This document shows, one piece after another, positions 10,383-20,547 of a DNA stretch of 57,975 nt (positions are counted from its first letter, which is position 1; each line of letters starts with the position of its first letter). Origin of the DNA: a virus (Duplodnaviria; Caudoviricetes). The notes beneath the pieces are model-generated. The model was given only the letters and a program-made list of their open reading frames with translations. It searched no databases and was not told the origin of the DNA. A program made the translations under genes and the position numbers. The DNA is taken from positions 1-57,975 of IMG/VR virus record IMGVR_UViG_3300030392_001553. One strand, 5' to 3'.

Positions 10383-10649
10383 TTAACTATTAATATAGGC
10401 TTTTCCTGCCGTAATCGCAGCTTCGTAAGACGACTTGTTACGCCCGTCATCCTTCGCCCAATCTTTGGCAAGCTGGATTTCAAGATGGTCCGTGTTGCGT
10501 TTAACCATCTCTTTTGCCCCGGCTTCTCCGCCATTCATCTTTTTGGCTTCGGTGTCGTCGGCAATGGTAGCATCAATAAGATCAACACTATGTCCCATAG
10601 CCGTAAAATGTTGATTGATTTCATCAGCGGTTAAAGATTCATCAGCCAT
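10383..10649 (-). CDS. Hypothetical protein, possible tail fibre assembly factor
   Basis: Directly downstream of fibre gene, coupled ORFs. Confidence 0.5.
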   Translation of the reverse strand: MADESLTADEINQHFTAMGHSVDLIDATIADDTEAKKMNGGEAGAKEMVKRNTDHLEIQLAKDWAKDDGRNKSSYEAAITAGKAYINS

Positions 10650-10875
10650 TTAATTTCTCCTTTGGCTTTTCGGTTTTATCAGAAAGGCTCTGGATTAGTA
10701 AATTTGTAAAATAATCTAAAGACCCACTAATCTGGTCTGACTGGAATTGTGCGCCTTGACGCTTCTGTTGAAGGTCTCGTATCTGCATGATCCAGTATTG
10801 CTCTTGATCTGTCATTTTTGACGGGTCATATTCCTTGCCATCAATGCTGATGACGTTAGTTTCCTCAGTGGCCAC
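10642..10875 (-). CDS. Small coiled-coil protein, possible tail fibre chaperone
   Basis: IDGKEY then coiled coil; overlaps fibre stop. Confidence 0.55.
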   Translation of the reverse strand: MATEETNVISIDGKEYDPSKMTDQEQYWIMQIRDLQQKRQGAQFQSDQISGSLDYFTNLLIQSLSDKTEKPKEKLNG

Positions 10876-13800
10876 AGGTATGGTTCTCCTTCCATTCTTG
10901 AAGTTCTTTGACTTGGGCGGATAACTCTTTTACAGCATTAACCAGAATCCATTTAATATCACTACCATCCACACTTAAACAGCCTGTCGTTTCTTGGTTA
11001 ACAATTTGTGGTAGAAATCCCTGTACCTCTTGAGCAATAACACCAAGTTGAGTGCCTTCCTGATCTATAGCTGCATGTTTGGGCAACTCATCAATTTCAT
11101 CAGGTGTCCTATATTCAAAGTTACGAACTTGAATCTGGTTTATTTTCTCAAGACCTATGTTGTTATCAATAATATTCTTTTTAATTCTTCGATCAGAAGT
11201 CGTTGACCAATCTGCTGAGTTATTACCAGCATAGTTGGCACCACTGTTGGAAGACATAAATCCAGTATTATCTCCCTTACCTACAGCACCGTATCCTATG
11301 GCAAGCTGTTGGTTTCCGTTATTAGCACTTGGATCAGTATTAATTCCTATACTAATATTGTTGGCTCCTGTAGTGACAACATCACCAGCCACATTTCCAA
11401 TAGCCACATTGGAATTTCCTGTGGTCGTAGCTACTCCTGTTCCTTGGCCTACATATACATTGCTGTCTCCTTCTGTAATAGCCTTACCAGCATCATGCCC
11501 GATACAGACACTATTTACAGGATCGGTTGCAACTAGAAGAGCATTAGTACCTATAGCAACACTTTGTGCTCCCGTTGTTATACCTCCACCAGCACCAACA
11601 CCCAAATAAGTATTATTAGCCCCTGTCGTGATAGCATCTCCTGCCTGATATCCTACAGCAGTATTGTTAGAAGCCGTAGTATTGGCCTGTAATGCACTAC
11701 TTCCGACTGCTGTGTTATAAGCACCTGTAGTATTGCCATACAAAGCTAATCTACCTACAGCCGTATTTTGATCTGCTGTTTGATTAGCTGCTAATGCATT
11801 TCGACCTATTGCTGTATTGTAGGCTCCAGTAGTATTTAGTTGCAATGCTGCATCTCCTACAGCAGTATTCTCAGCAGCAGTATTAGTAGCACCCCCAGAA
11901 TGATAACCAACAAAAACATTATTACTTCCTGTTGTTAGGGCATCTCCAGAATAAGCTCCTACAACAACATTACTTGTCGCTGTCGTTGTTGCCTTGCCTG
12001 CACCATGTCCCAAAGCAGTATTGTTAGATGATGTAGTCTGGTAATATAAAGTCTCTGCACCGAGTGCTACATTATTAGCTCCTGAAGTAGCCGTTGTAAA
12101 AGCTCCTTGTCCTATAGCAACATTGTTATTACCACTTGTTACTGCATCACCGGTAGCATGACCTATAAGGATATTATGAGAACCTGTTATTGCACCACCG
12201 CCTGCTGAATTTCCTATACAAACCGAATAAGTACCCGTTGTAATTCCACCACCAGAATTAGTTCCTAAACAAGTATTATAAGTTCCTGTTGTGATAGCAT
12301 CTCCTGAATGATAACCTATTACTGTATTTCCATCACCTGTTGATATAAGCAAACCAGCATCTTTACCAATCCCGATATTAAATTGTGCTGATGTAACAGC
12401 ACTAAGAGCTTGGTATCCAATACCAACTAAATGATTTCCTGTAGTACAAGCATCTACAGCAGCAGTACCGACTGCTACATTGTTAGCTCCCGTAATATTT
12501 GCGGTTAAAGCATTTTTGCCAACGGCAACAAGATCAGAAGCAGTTTCGTTAGCAGCCAGAGCACCAGCACCAATACCTGTGTTGGATGCTCCAGTCGTAT
12601 TGACTCCTAAAGCAGCATGACCAAGTGCAGTATTACTTGCTGCTGTCGTAGTAGCTGTTCCAGAATTATAACCAACAAAAGTATTTGAACCTCCTGTTGT
12701 GACAGCATCACCAGAGGCATAACCTATAAAGACATTACTTGCACCACTGGTTGTTGCATAACCAGCATTATTCCCAATCCAGACATTATTATCAGCAGTA
12801 TTAGTAGCCCCTCCTCCTGCATTATCACCTATAGCTACGTTACCACTGGCACTTGTAGCATTTGCCATAGCTGCATTACCAACAGCAGTATTTTCAGATA
12901 GCTCTGTAAGAGCACTTAAAGCACTGGTCCCAATCGCAACATTGCTTGCTCCAGTAGTTATGGCATCTCCTGCATTAGAACCAATGATTACATTACTATC
13001 TCCTGTCGTAATAGCCTGACCAGCATTATAACCTACACATACTGTATGATTAGCTCCATCTGCTACTTTCATAGCATAACTGCCCACAGCAGTATTGTAG
13101 CCTTCAGTATCTTCGGTCAGCAGAGCTTCATATCCAACAGCTACGGTATGAACACCTGTTGTAAGTGCTCCACCAGCACCATAACCTAAAGCTGTTATCT
13201 GTGATCCAGTAGTTATAGCATCACCAGCCGTTGCTCCCATAATTACATTAGAGGCTCCAGAAGTAATGGCTGAACCAGCATTATAGCCAACAGCAGTATT
13301 ATTAGAAGCTGCATAAGAGCCTCCACCTAAAGCATTAGAGCCAATGCCTACGTTATTACTCTCTGCATCAAAACCATCTCCAGCCCCATATCCAATCAGG
13401 ACATTGTTATCTCCTGTCGTAAGAGCCGTTCCAGCTTCATCACCAACTGCTACGTTGTAATTACCGCCTGATGCAATGGAGTCTCCGGCGTGTTCTCCTG
13501 CAACAAAGTTGCTTGTGCCAGCCGTTTGCGTCATTAGCGAGGTAAAAACAGCATCAGCTAAAGCGTTTACTACTGCCGCACCACTTCCTGCACCGTCACA
13601 ATACACGGCGGCATTATGTCCGTTTGGAATAGTGACATTTGCTCCAGAGCCTTGAGAAAGAATAACATCGTCCCCAGCGGCATTTTCAATAATAAACCAA
13701 GCAGGGGCTGTGTTAGGAGCTATTGTGACCGTACAATCCTGACTTAACGACCCCGTAAACTTAATTGCACGATACATGCCGTCTTGAAGATTTTCAGTGC

Positions 13801-13987
13801 CAGCACCTGGAGACGCCTCTCGAACAGTCAGAGTAGCAGTAGAGGCATCACTTAAAGCCACCGCCTTGTAGGAAGCCAGCCGATCCACAATATCCCAGTT
13901 ATGGTTTGAGGTTGTTCCCCATGTACCGGATTGCTCACCCGTTGCAATTTTTTCTATGCTAAAACCTGTTGTAAATGTTGAAGCCAT
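10865..13987 (-). CDS. Tail fibre/spike with ~14-aa N-x-A-[VI]-G repeats and C-terminal S74 intramolecular chaperone
   Basis: Dozens of NTAVG/NVAIG repeats; TSDRRIKKNI, GVIAQEV and terminal coiled coil (peptidase S74 signature). Confidence 0.9.
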   Translation of the reverse strand: MASTFTTGFSIEKIATGEQSGTWGTTSNHNWDIVDRLASYKAVALSDASTATLTVREASPGAGTENLQDGMYRAIKFTGSLSQDCTVTIAPNTAPAWFIIENAAGDDVILSQGSGANVTIPNGHNAAVYCDGAGSGAAVVNALADAVFTSLMTQTAGTSNFVAGEHAGDSIASGGNYNVAVGDEAGTALTTGDNNVLIGYGAGDGFDAESNNVGIGSNALGGGSYAASNNTAVGYNAGSAITSGASNVIMGATAGDAITTGSQITALGYGAGGALTTGVHTVAVGYEALLTEDTEGYNTAVGSYAMKVADGANHTVCVGYNAGQAITTGDSNVIIGSNAGDAITTGASNVAIGTSALSALTELSENTAVGNAAMANATSASGNVAIGDNAGGGATNTADNNVWIGNNAGYATTSGASNVFIGYASGDAVTTGGSNTFVGYNSGTATTTAASNTALGHAALGVNTTGASNTGIGAGALAANETASDLVAVGKNALTANITGANNVAVGTAAVDACTTGNHLVGIGYQALSAVTSAQFNIGIGKDAGLLISTGDGNTVIGYHSGDAITTGTYNTCLGTNSGGGITTGTYSVCIGNSAGGGAITGSHNILIGHATGDAVTSGNNNVAIGQGAFTTATSGANNVALGAETLYYQTTSSNNTALGHGAGKATTTATSNVVVGAYSGDALTTGSNNVFVGYHSGGATNTAAENTAVGDAALQLNTTGAYNTAIGRNALAANQTADQNTAVGRLALYGNTTGAYNTAVGSSALQANTTASNNTAVGYQAGDAITTGANNTYLGVGAGGGITTGAQSVAIGTNALLVATDPVNSVCIGHDAGKAITEGDSNVYVGQGTGVATTTGNSNVAIGNVAGDVVTTGANNISIGINTDPSANNGNQQLAIGYGAVGKGDNTGFMSSNSGANYAGNNSADWSTTSDRRIKKNIIDNNIGLEKINQIQVRNFEYRTPDEIDELPKHAAIDQEGTQLGVIAQEVQGFLPQIVNQETTGCLSVDGSDIKWILVNAVKELSAQVKELQEWKENHTCGH

Positions 13988-13997
13988 GTTCTTCTTC

Positions 13998-14762
13998 CTA
14001 TGCTGCTATATCTGTCCAATCCGGAGTCTGTGAAGCATCAACCTCAGACCATTCCGGAGTTTGTGAATCACCGACTGCTGACCAATCCGGAGTCTGTGAA
14101 GCATCAATAATCCCCCAAATATTCGGGGCACCAATCTTGCCTGTTCCTGCAACACCTGTTGGGGTGACGTTAGCCGTTCCTGTAATCGTAACAGTGCCAA
14201 TTCCACCCGTTCCTGCAACACCTGTTGGGGTGACGTTAGCCGTTCCTGTTGGCGTAACGGCCCCAAGACTTCCTGTACCCGCGACGCCTGTTGGGGTGAC
14301 GTTAGCCGTTCCTGTAATCGTAACAGTGCCAACCGATCCCGTGGCCGCGACGCCTGTCGGAGATGCCTTGGCTCCCGCCGTAATCGTGACGGATCCAACT
14401 GCACCCGTTCCTGCGACACCCGTAACTGTAACTGTACTTGTGCCCGTAATCGTGACGGTGCCAATCGCGCCCGTTCCTGCGACGCCTGTTGGGGTAACAG
14501 ACACTCCGCCCGTAATCGTGACGGATCCAACTGCACCCGTTCCTGCGACGCCTGTTGGGGTAACACCAGCACCTGCCGTAGGAGTGACCGTACCAACTGC
14601 ACCCGTTCCTGCGACGCCTGTTGGGGTGACTGTGCCAGTACCTGTAATCGTGACGGTGCCAATCGCGCCCGTCCCTGCAACGCCCGTGACATCAACTGCA
14701 ATGGGAGAACCCCACGTGCCCGAACCCCACGTGCTGCGTCCCCAACCATTGATGTTTGCCAA
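13998..14762 (-). CDS. Repeat-rich virion fibre-like protein
   Basis: ~21-aa VTPTGVAGTG repeats, N-terminal WG repeats, C-terminal SQTPDW x3. Confidence 0.75.
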   Translation of the reverse strand: MANINGWGRSTWGSGTWGSPIAVDVTGVAGTGAIGTVTITGTGTVTPTGVAGTGAVGTVTPTAGAGVTPTGVAGTGAVGSVTITGGVSVTPTGVAGTGAIGTVTITGTSTVTVTGVAGTGAVGSVTITAGAKASPTGVAATGSVGTVTITGTANVTPTGVAGTGSLGAVTPTGTANVTPTGVAGTGGIGTVTITGTANVTPTGVAGTGKIGAPNIWGIIDASQTPDWSAVGDSQTPEWSEVDASQTPDWTDIAA

Positions 14763-14774
14763 AGCATTTGTTCC

Positions 14775-15230
14775 TTACGCTATCCTGATTATCGCTGTAC
14801 TTGCTGCCGCTGCCGGAAAAGCTATTGTAAAAGTTCCCGCTGTGCTGGTTTTATTACCGCCAAAATCCAGAGCACACACAGCTTTATCACTGTTTGTGTC
14901 ATTATAAATCAAGGCACCTCGTGCTGTAATAGTAGCAGTTGTAAAGCTAAGATCAGCAAAGTCTGTGTACCCTGTTGTTCCTGAAGTAGCGGGGTTTACA
15001 TTAGTTAAAGCACTTCCTCCAGCAGAATAACTACCACTGTTAGCAACTTCGCCCGTAGTGGTGTAGGCTGTTGTAGCCGCACCTAATGTGGCCGTAGTAG
15101 ACGATTTTCCTCCTCCGCCTATGGCGTATAAAGCCAATTTAAAACTATTTCCACCAGAGGCATCAAAATCATGGGTAGCAGACAATAGCTCACCCTTAAA
15201 TGATGTACACATCGCTGTTGTAATCGCCAT
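14775..15230 (-). CDS. Conserved virion structural protein
   Basis: MAITTAMCTSFKGELL...ITARGALIYN...LDFG pattern. Confidence 0.7.
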   Translation of the reverse strand: MAITTAMCTSFKGELLSATHDFDASGGNSFKLALYAIGGGGKSSTTATLGAATTAYTTTGEVANSGSYSAGGSALTNVNPATSGTTGYTDFADLSFTTATITARGALIYNDTNSDKAVCALDFGGNKTSTAGTFTIAFPAAAASTAIIRIA

Positions 15231-15231
15231 A

Positions 15232-15522
15232 TCAAAGTTTCCTTATATGTTCCGCAAGTTCAGAATAACCAGCCTCTCTTATTTTAGCACAAATTGTAGC
15301 TCTGTCTTGCTGAACCGCCATTTTCAAGTAATAAATCAGAACATCCTCTAAATTATTCTTGAAAGCGTGAGCTTGATCACGAATAGGTTGGGGTGCGTCT
15401 TCTGATATATGCACCACTTTATCAAGAGCCATTTTCGCTATTTCTTCCACAGTCAATCCTCTTTTATGTGTTGTATGTACATTTACCGCTCCTACGATGA
15501 CAGGGGCCATTGAATCAAACAC
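15232..15522 (-). CDS. Hypothetical protein
   Basis: Coupled ORF in operon. Confidence 0.65.
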   Translation of the reverse strand: MFDSMAPVIVGAVNVHTTHKRGLTVEEIAKMALDKVVHISEDAPQPIRDQAHAFKNNLEDVLIYYLKMAVQQDRATICAKIREAGYSELAEHIRKL

Positions 15523-16247
15523 TACGCTGTCTCCTTCAAAGAAACGATGTTATCATTTCTATCATATATGCCCTTGAGAATATCTTCTGGTTCTGGAGGT
15601 GGTATTTTGGACTGCTTAGTAATTAACAGATCATCACCCTCAAAAGTCATCACCAGAGGATCTTTTAAACGATGATATCCATATAACCGTTGTTCCGGGG
15701 GTATGTTTGTATCAAGCAAGGAGGAAGAGGCAGCAACTTCCAGCTTAATTCCGCGGGTAACACAAAAAGCTAACCAGAATTCCGTACAGGCACGTCCAGC
15801 TTCTGCAAAATAAATATTTTTCTTGTAGGAAAAATCAATGCCATAAAGAAATATTTTACCTACTTCGAGATAAGCGGCATAAGCTAAAGCATAAGCCACC
15901 GTATTATTAAAATAACATAAACCTGTTTCTTGAACTATTTTTTCCAGAGGATATAAAACGGCTCCGGGAACACGTTTATCCAGTTCACAAGTGTAAATAG
16001 GTCCCGGATGTAGAGGAAGGGCTTCTCTTAAAGCTTCTGTTTGACGCCCTGCCAGTTCTGTGTCCAGAAATCTCGAGGGAGGATCCATCATAAAAACACG
16101 ATCATGTTTCAAGGGAACCATCATGGAATTAATGACCCAAACCTCATCATACTTTTTCCCATTCGCAACAGACGAGGTATAAGCTCCTTGGGAATCTCCA
16201 AGTCCTACAAGAGCTATAGAGGCGCCTTTTAAAAGTTTATCCTTCAC
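15522..16247 (-). CDS. Putative glycosyltransferase-like (Rossmann, Maf/GT29-like) protein
   Basis: IALVGLG, NTVAYALAYA, IFLYGIDF motifs. Confidence 0.4.
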   Translation of the reverse strand: MKDKLLKGASIALVGLGDSQGAYTSSVANGKKYDEVWVINSMMVPLKHDRVFMMDPPSRFLDTELAGRQTEALREALPLHPGPIYTCELDKRVPGAVLYPLEKIVQETGLCYFNNTVAYALAYAAYLEVGKIFLYGIDFSYKKNIYFAEAGRACTEFWLAFCVTRGIKLEVAASSSLLDTNIPPEQRLYGYHRLKDPLVMTFEGDDLLITKQSKIPPPEPEDILKGIYDRNDNIVSLKETA

Positions 16248-16888
16248 TGTAGATCTCTCCGCAAACGATCATATCTGAATTCATCTCTTGTTTGTTTGCC
16301 TTCCCCAAGGTTTTTCAGCCATTGGAGAGATTCCTGGAATCTTGAATTATAAAGACCCAAAAGATCCGTTTCCCCTTTCATAAAGGTATAGGCTTCTACC
16401 AAACTTCCATATAAAAGAGCGAGTTCAGCATTTGTTCCCAGCCAGCTCGTTCCGTCTGAAGAAGCCGTTATGGATTGCGGTCTGTAAAAATAATGCAGTT
16501 CTGCTGTGTACCCGGAATCAGGCGTAGGAGCCAATAAGAAAGTAGATTCGTCCCAATCCCCATAATACTTGGGTGTTCCGGTTGTAGCTGGGTCGGGCGT
16601 ATAATCCTGCAAGAAAGTAACATGCTTGTAGAGTAGGAATTCATTACTTGAACTGTTGACAATGCTTAACGAAAAAGGGGCCAGAAAATCTGTCGGTTTG
16701 GTAAGAAATTTAGTTGACTGCGTTACAGTCCCGGCAACATTTTTACGAAAATCATCCAGTTGGCATTCTTTTAGAATACGTTCTTCAGCGTTGATAATAA
16801 AACGGCTTAACTGGCCAACAAAAGTAGATTCAGTATTTTGCGTATACTCCTGTATCGCTGTTTTTAAAGTTGTAAACGTAAAAGCCAT
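16244..16888 (-). CDS. Head-tail adaptor/tail tubular protein
   Basis: FIINAEERI, GTPKYY, LAPTPD, LLYGSLVEAY motifs. Confidence 0.7.
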   Translation of the reverse strand: MAFTFTTLKTAIQEYTQNTESTFVGQLSRFIINAEERILKECQLDDFRKNVAGTVTQSTKFLTKPTDFLAPFSLSIVNSSSNEFLLYKHVTFLQDYTPDPATTGTPKYYGDWDESTFLLAPTPDSGYTAELHYFYRPQSITASSDGTSWLGTNAELALLYGSLVEAYTFMKGETDLLGLYNSRFQESLQWLKNLGEGKQTRDEFRYDRLRRDLQ

Positions 16889-16889
16889 A

Positions 16890-17393
16890 TCATGCGCTCA
16901 CTGTTACAGGTCCTGCGGATGCAAAACCTCCTCCGCCCCGTGTATCACCAACTGTAGCCGTTCCACTTCCAGCAGTAAAAGTATATTTGTCAGAATCCAC
17001 TTTAGTTATTGAAAAACCACTACTGCTCTCAATTGCGGCTTCTGTAAATCCATCAAAATCTTCTACTTCTCGGAACCTGACCGTGTCTCCTGTTGATCTT
17101 CCATGCCCCGGTTCGGTAACCGTTATAACGGCTGATCCCTGACTTCCCGTTATAAAGGGATCGAAAATAAGTAAAACAGTTACGGGAGGTTCCGTCCTGG
17201 CGGGTCGGCTTATTTTTAAAGTTTGAGGGTCAACAATATGATGGCGGGGATTGAGTTGAGGCTGTTTGGTCTCAAATTCATCTCTTCCGACTAGAAGACC
17301 GTTCCATTCACGGATCATATTCGTTAATTTATAGGCACGCCCAGATCGATCTGAAATTCCCAGAGCATATTTACCACTTGCATATCGTGACAT
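16890..17393 (-). CDS. Virion protein with C-terminal beta domain
   Basis: ISDRSG..EWNG..KQPQL N-terminus; VTEPGHG..GDTVRF domain. Confidence 0.6.
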   Translation of the reverse strand: MSRYASGKYALGISDRSGRAYKLTNMIREWNGLLVGRDEFETKQPQLNPRHHIVDPQTLKISRPARTEPPVTVLLIFDPFITGSQGSAVITVTEPGHGRSTGDTVRFREVEDFDGFTEAAIESSSGFSITKVDSDKYTFTAGSGTATVGDTRGGGGFASAGPVTVSA

Positions 17394-17394
17394 T

Positions 17395-18297
17395 TTACAC
17401 CCTTAGAGATTGATAAGTCGGGACAAGGCGTAAAGGAATACCATGATCTATGTCCTGAGAAGAAGCTCTTTCAAATTCTTCCTCGTACAGAGCTTTAAGA
17501 ACCTGAAGTCTTTGGGGGGATCTTTTCAAGGCAATGTAATAAGACAGCCCAGCTACAAGACATGGAAGGAACCTAAAGGGGATTTCTGCATTATTTACAG
17601 CAGAATCTGCGTCTTCCATTCGTTTGATACGGTAATAAATAACAGAATCGGTAGAATTCTCAGGTGTCGGCCAGATAGTAACAGTAGGGGTTATTTGTCT
17701 ATTAACATATATCTGTGTGGGTCTCCCCTGCGTCGTTTTTTTAGGTATGCTGAGATATTCCTGTCTACTTATCCTTGTGATGGATACATCTTCACTATCT
17801 CTCTGTACAACAACTTCGAGAACGTCCACGGAAGCCTGGACATCCGCCAAACTCGGCACCGAAGATACTGTGGTCGTCGCACTACTTGAAGAACCTGTGA
17901 TAGTTTCCGATGCTGTAAAAGTTCCACTTGGAACCGTAATTGTCATCGTTGTGCTGGAAGGTTTTGTGATAATATCAGCAGTGACACTACTCGTACCCCC
18001 TGTGATTGTCTCACCGACACTAAAAGACCCGGAAGCACCAACCGTAAGAGTTATTGTGCCTATAGGGTAGGTAGCAATTGAAGAAGTAGTAGAAAGCTGC
18101 GCCAAGGACTGTGTAATCTTCTCCACAGTCCATAAATTTAAACCACGGTTAGACCAATCAGCAAAAAGCAGATTAAGGGAACGACGAGACGTAACAGAAT
18201 CATACCCTGTGCGAAGCTCAAGACCACATCGTTCAAAAGCTTCCTCTGTAATTTCGGCAATGTTTAAGTTAAAATCTACCGATCCAGAAGTAGCCAT
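17395..18297 (-). CDS. Head completion/adaptor protein with T/S-rich insertion
   Basis: EEAFERCG, RRSLNLLFADW, GRPTQ, WPTP motifs. Confidence 0.65.
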   Translation of the reverse strand: MATSGSVDFNLNIAEITEEAFERCGLELRTGYDSVTSRRSLNLLFADWSNRGLNLWTVEKITQSLAQLSTTSSIATYPIGTITLTVGASGSFSVGETITGGTSSVTADIITKPSSTTMTITVPSGTFTASETITGSSSSATTTVSSVPSLADVQASVDVLEVVVQRDSEDVSITRISRQEYLSIPKKTTQGRPTQIYVNRQITPTVTIWPTPENSTDSVIYYRIKRMEDADSAVNNAEIPFRFLPCLVAGLSYYIALKRSPQRLQVLKALYEEEFERASSQDIDHGIPLRLVPTYQSLRV

Positions 18298-18306
18298 TTT
18301 TAATTC

Positions 18307-18519
18307 CTATCCGGAAAGGGACAATCTTAAAGCGATAGCCACCTGTCCTGTTACTAATATACCTACACCCCACAATATCTTAGTTATAACATCCAGAGAT
18401 TTTTGAAGGTGATGTAGATCATTGTTTTTTATAACGTCTATTCTCTCAGAAAGAAGCCTTATTTCCCCTTGAATTTTAATCAAATCAAGTTCGTTCTTTC
18501 TTTGAAGATCTTCAGCCAT
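18307..18519 (-). CDS. Small coiled-coil membrane-anchored protein
   Basis: IKNNDLHHL followed by C-terminal hydrophobic helix. Confidence 0.6.
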   Translation of the reverse strand: MAEDLQRKNELDLIKIQGEIRLLSERIDVIKNNDLHHLQKSLDVITKILWGVGILVTGQVAIALRLSLSG

Positions 18520-18520
18520 T

Positions 18521-18925
18521 TTAATAGTTCTTCAAACAATAAAGAACTATTGAATAAGTATCTCCGCTACTGTGCCCCACCGTTGTGAACTTTATGTCTC
18601 CGGTGTTGCCCCCTGAAGCAGCAACATTTGGAAGACCGCTGATATCAGAGTACTCTAAGGTATCGGAATAATCTGCAGGAAGTTGCGCCGCAATAACATT
18701 GGTAGAAGCGTTCCAAAGAATCTTGACGCCCATGCCAACATTGGTAAACACAATCTTTTCAATACGAACACCCGCACAGGCTGTTCCGTCCTGTAGAGAC
18801 GAAAGTCCAGACACATCCACCTTGGTAACGGCAGACTCACCTGTTCCATCGCTCGTATTTGTGCAATAAAAAACAGCTTTTTTAGGACCGTCTTCTACTG
18901 TAGTAGCAGTTACAGCATCAGCCAT
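18521..18925 (-). CDS. Virion structural protein
   Basis: MADAVT..SDGTGESAVTKVDVS conserved in marine phages. Confidence 0.65.
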   Translation of the reverse strand: MADAVTATTVEDGPKKAVFYCTNTSDGTGESAVTKVDVSGLSSLQDGTACAGVRIEKIVFTNVGMGVKILWNASTNVIAAQLPADYSDTLEYSDISGLPNVAASGGNTGDIKFTTVGHSSGDTYSIVLYCLKNY

Positions 18926-18942
18926 GTCTTTCTCCTTAATTC

Positions 18943-19500
18943 TTATTCAAATGGCGTTGCTAAAGTACCATCACCATGAAGAAAAGCTTCACAATGCCAT
19001 ACCGCCGCTGTAGTAGCTTTCAGTCGAATAATTCCACCAACAAGCCAGCCCTGTGCTGCTGCACCAAGATCGATAGTATCATCATCACTGGCATCTGGGA
19101 TAAAAGTATTCATGTCGGTAGCCGTTGCGGGATCAAAAAGATGAGCAAAACCAGAGTAAAGATCACTGGCGTTGTCCGTATTGATCTGACCCGCACCAGT
19201 AAAGGTGGTTCCCACAATAAAAGTATAGTGAAGTCCTGCCACTGCCGTTGGTAACGTAACAACAATACCCGCTGCACGGTTAAGGGTAAAAACTGCACCC
19301 GATTGAGTTGATTCTACACTGTAAGTAGAATCTGTAATTGAAACTACGTTATCGTATGCAGAAACATAACCTGTAGTGACCAAATTGCCACTGGTATCTA
19401 CATCGAGATTAGTGGTGACGGTTCCAGTTGTAGAATCAACGGAAATTTGCTCAAAACCGTTTTCAGATCTAACCGGACCATTGAAAGTAGTATTGGCCAT
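18943..19500 (-). CDS. Virion (head decoration/fibre-like) protein
   Basis: MANTTFNGPVRSENGF N-terminus, follows capsid gene. Confidence 0.65.
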   Translation of the reverse strand: MANTTFNGPVRSENGFEQISVDSTTGTVTTNLDVDTSGNLVTTGYVSAYDNVVSITDSTYSVESTQSGAVFTLNRAAGIVVTLPTAVAGLHYTFIVGTTFTGAGQINTDNASDLYSGFAHLFDPATATDMNTFIPDASDDDTIDLGAAAQGWLVGGIIRLKATTAAVWHCEAFLHGDGTLATPFE

Positions 19501-19510
19501 AATTAATAGC

Positions 19511-19590
19511 CCTCCTTCTTATAAAGGTTTTGCTCTAGAGTCTTATAAGCGTCTGCTGGGTCAGTCGCTAGAGCTAATTATTCCCAGATT
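19511..19590 (-). ncRNA. Structured RNA element downstream of capsid gene (Mu-gpT-DE-like candidate)
   Basis: Interleaved pairings CTGGG/CCCAG, GCTCTAG/CTAGAGC, CTTATAA/TTATAAG ending at the RBS; located downstream of a Mu-gpT-like capsid gene. Confidence 0.5.
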
Positions 19591-19592
19591 AG

Positions 19593-19616
19593 CGGGAGAA
19601 GGTTTCCCTTCTCCCG
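19593..19616 (-). terminator. GC-rich hairpin after capsid gene (weak terminator or mRNA stabiliser)
   Basis: CGGGAGAAGG-GAAA-CCTTCTCCCG, no U-tract. Confidence 0.45.
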
Positions 19617-19625
19617 GTACTCTTT

Positions 19626-20534
19626 TTACGCTCCAGGTGAACCGAACACGCAACGTGGGTCAGACCAACCGTAGCTATAACGCTCACGGGCTTTAAACCG
19701 TACATTGCCTGTATCGAAATCGCCTTCCATCTTCGTTGACATTGGCATCCGTTCAAAGTGAATGAAACCGCGAGGTGCATCCGTTTTGATGAACCAAGCA
19801 TCAGTATCCGTCAGGTAATGGTTAACGACATAGCCTTGCGGAAGCATACCCATGTTCCGTGTGGCATTAACGTCATTATCCGCTGTTCCTGGACGAAGAG
19901 TAGTTTCAAGCAGACGATCCGACACGAACTGTAACGCTGGCGGAACAATCAACTTCATACCACGAACTGAAACCTTCAGGCCGCGTTCATCGACAAAAGC
20001 TGCTATATCGATAAGAGCGTTCTCAAGGCTGGTTTCGTTCAAATCAGCCGCTGTGCTTGGCTCATTGCGAAGATCATTATTATTCACAAGAGGATGATCC
20101 GTTGCACAAAGCTCCTTTGAATCCCCACCCGTAAACGAACTATCAAAAGCATTGTTTAACGTAGCGGCGCCTTTCACCTGTTTGGTGTTAGCCATGCTAC
20201 GTGCCAAAGCTTTTGTATAACGCGAAGCTAGACGATCATAGAGATTATCCTCGATTGCTTCTTCCGTAATGGAGAAAGCAAGCGCGATAGTCTCATGCGT
20301 GTATCTCGCGGTGTACGCTTCCTGGGCGTCGTCAAACGAAACTGCTGAACCTTCAGCTTTTACTGGGGCCGAACCAAAGCCTGAAAGCATGACTTCTTCT
20401 TCAAAGGCACGCTCTGAAGATTCAGTATCATAGATTTCAGATGATTCGTCATCATATCTGGCATACTCAAGTCCAAAAAGGGCGTTGAGGCCAGGCTCTA
20501 GCTCTTTTGCTAGTTGTGCTCTACTAATAGCCAT
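19626..20534 (-). CDS. Major capsid protein (Mu gpT-like)
   Basis: MAISRAQLAKELEPGLNALFGLEY...KARERYSYGWSDPR. Confidence 0.93.
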   Translation of the reverse strand: MAISRAQLAKELEPGLNALFGLEYARYDDESSEIYDTESSERAFEEEVMLSGFGSAPVKAEGSAVSFDDAQEAYTARYTHETIALAFSITEEAIEDNLYDRLASRYTKALARSMANTKQVKGAATLNNAFDSSFTGGDSKELCATDHPLVNNNDLRNEPSTAADLNETSLENALIDIAAFVDERGLKVSVRGMKLIVPPALQFVSDRLLETTLRPGTADNDVNATRNMGMLPQGYVVNHYLTDTDAWFIKTDAPRGFIHFERMPMSTKMEGDFDTGNVRFKARERYSYGWSDPRCVFGSPGA

Positions 20535-20547
20535 TTCTCAAACCCTC

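Noticed and set aside
13975-14907. Long plus-strand ORF with PVPATPVG repeats, and the alternative minus frame 14006-14767
   Set aside because: Shadows of the repetitive structural gene 13998-14762
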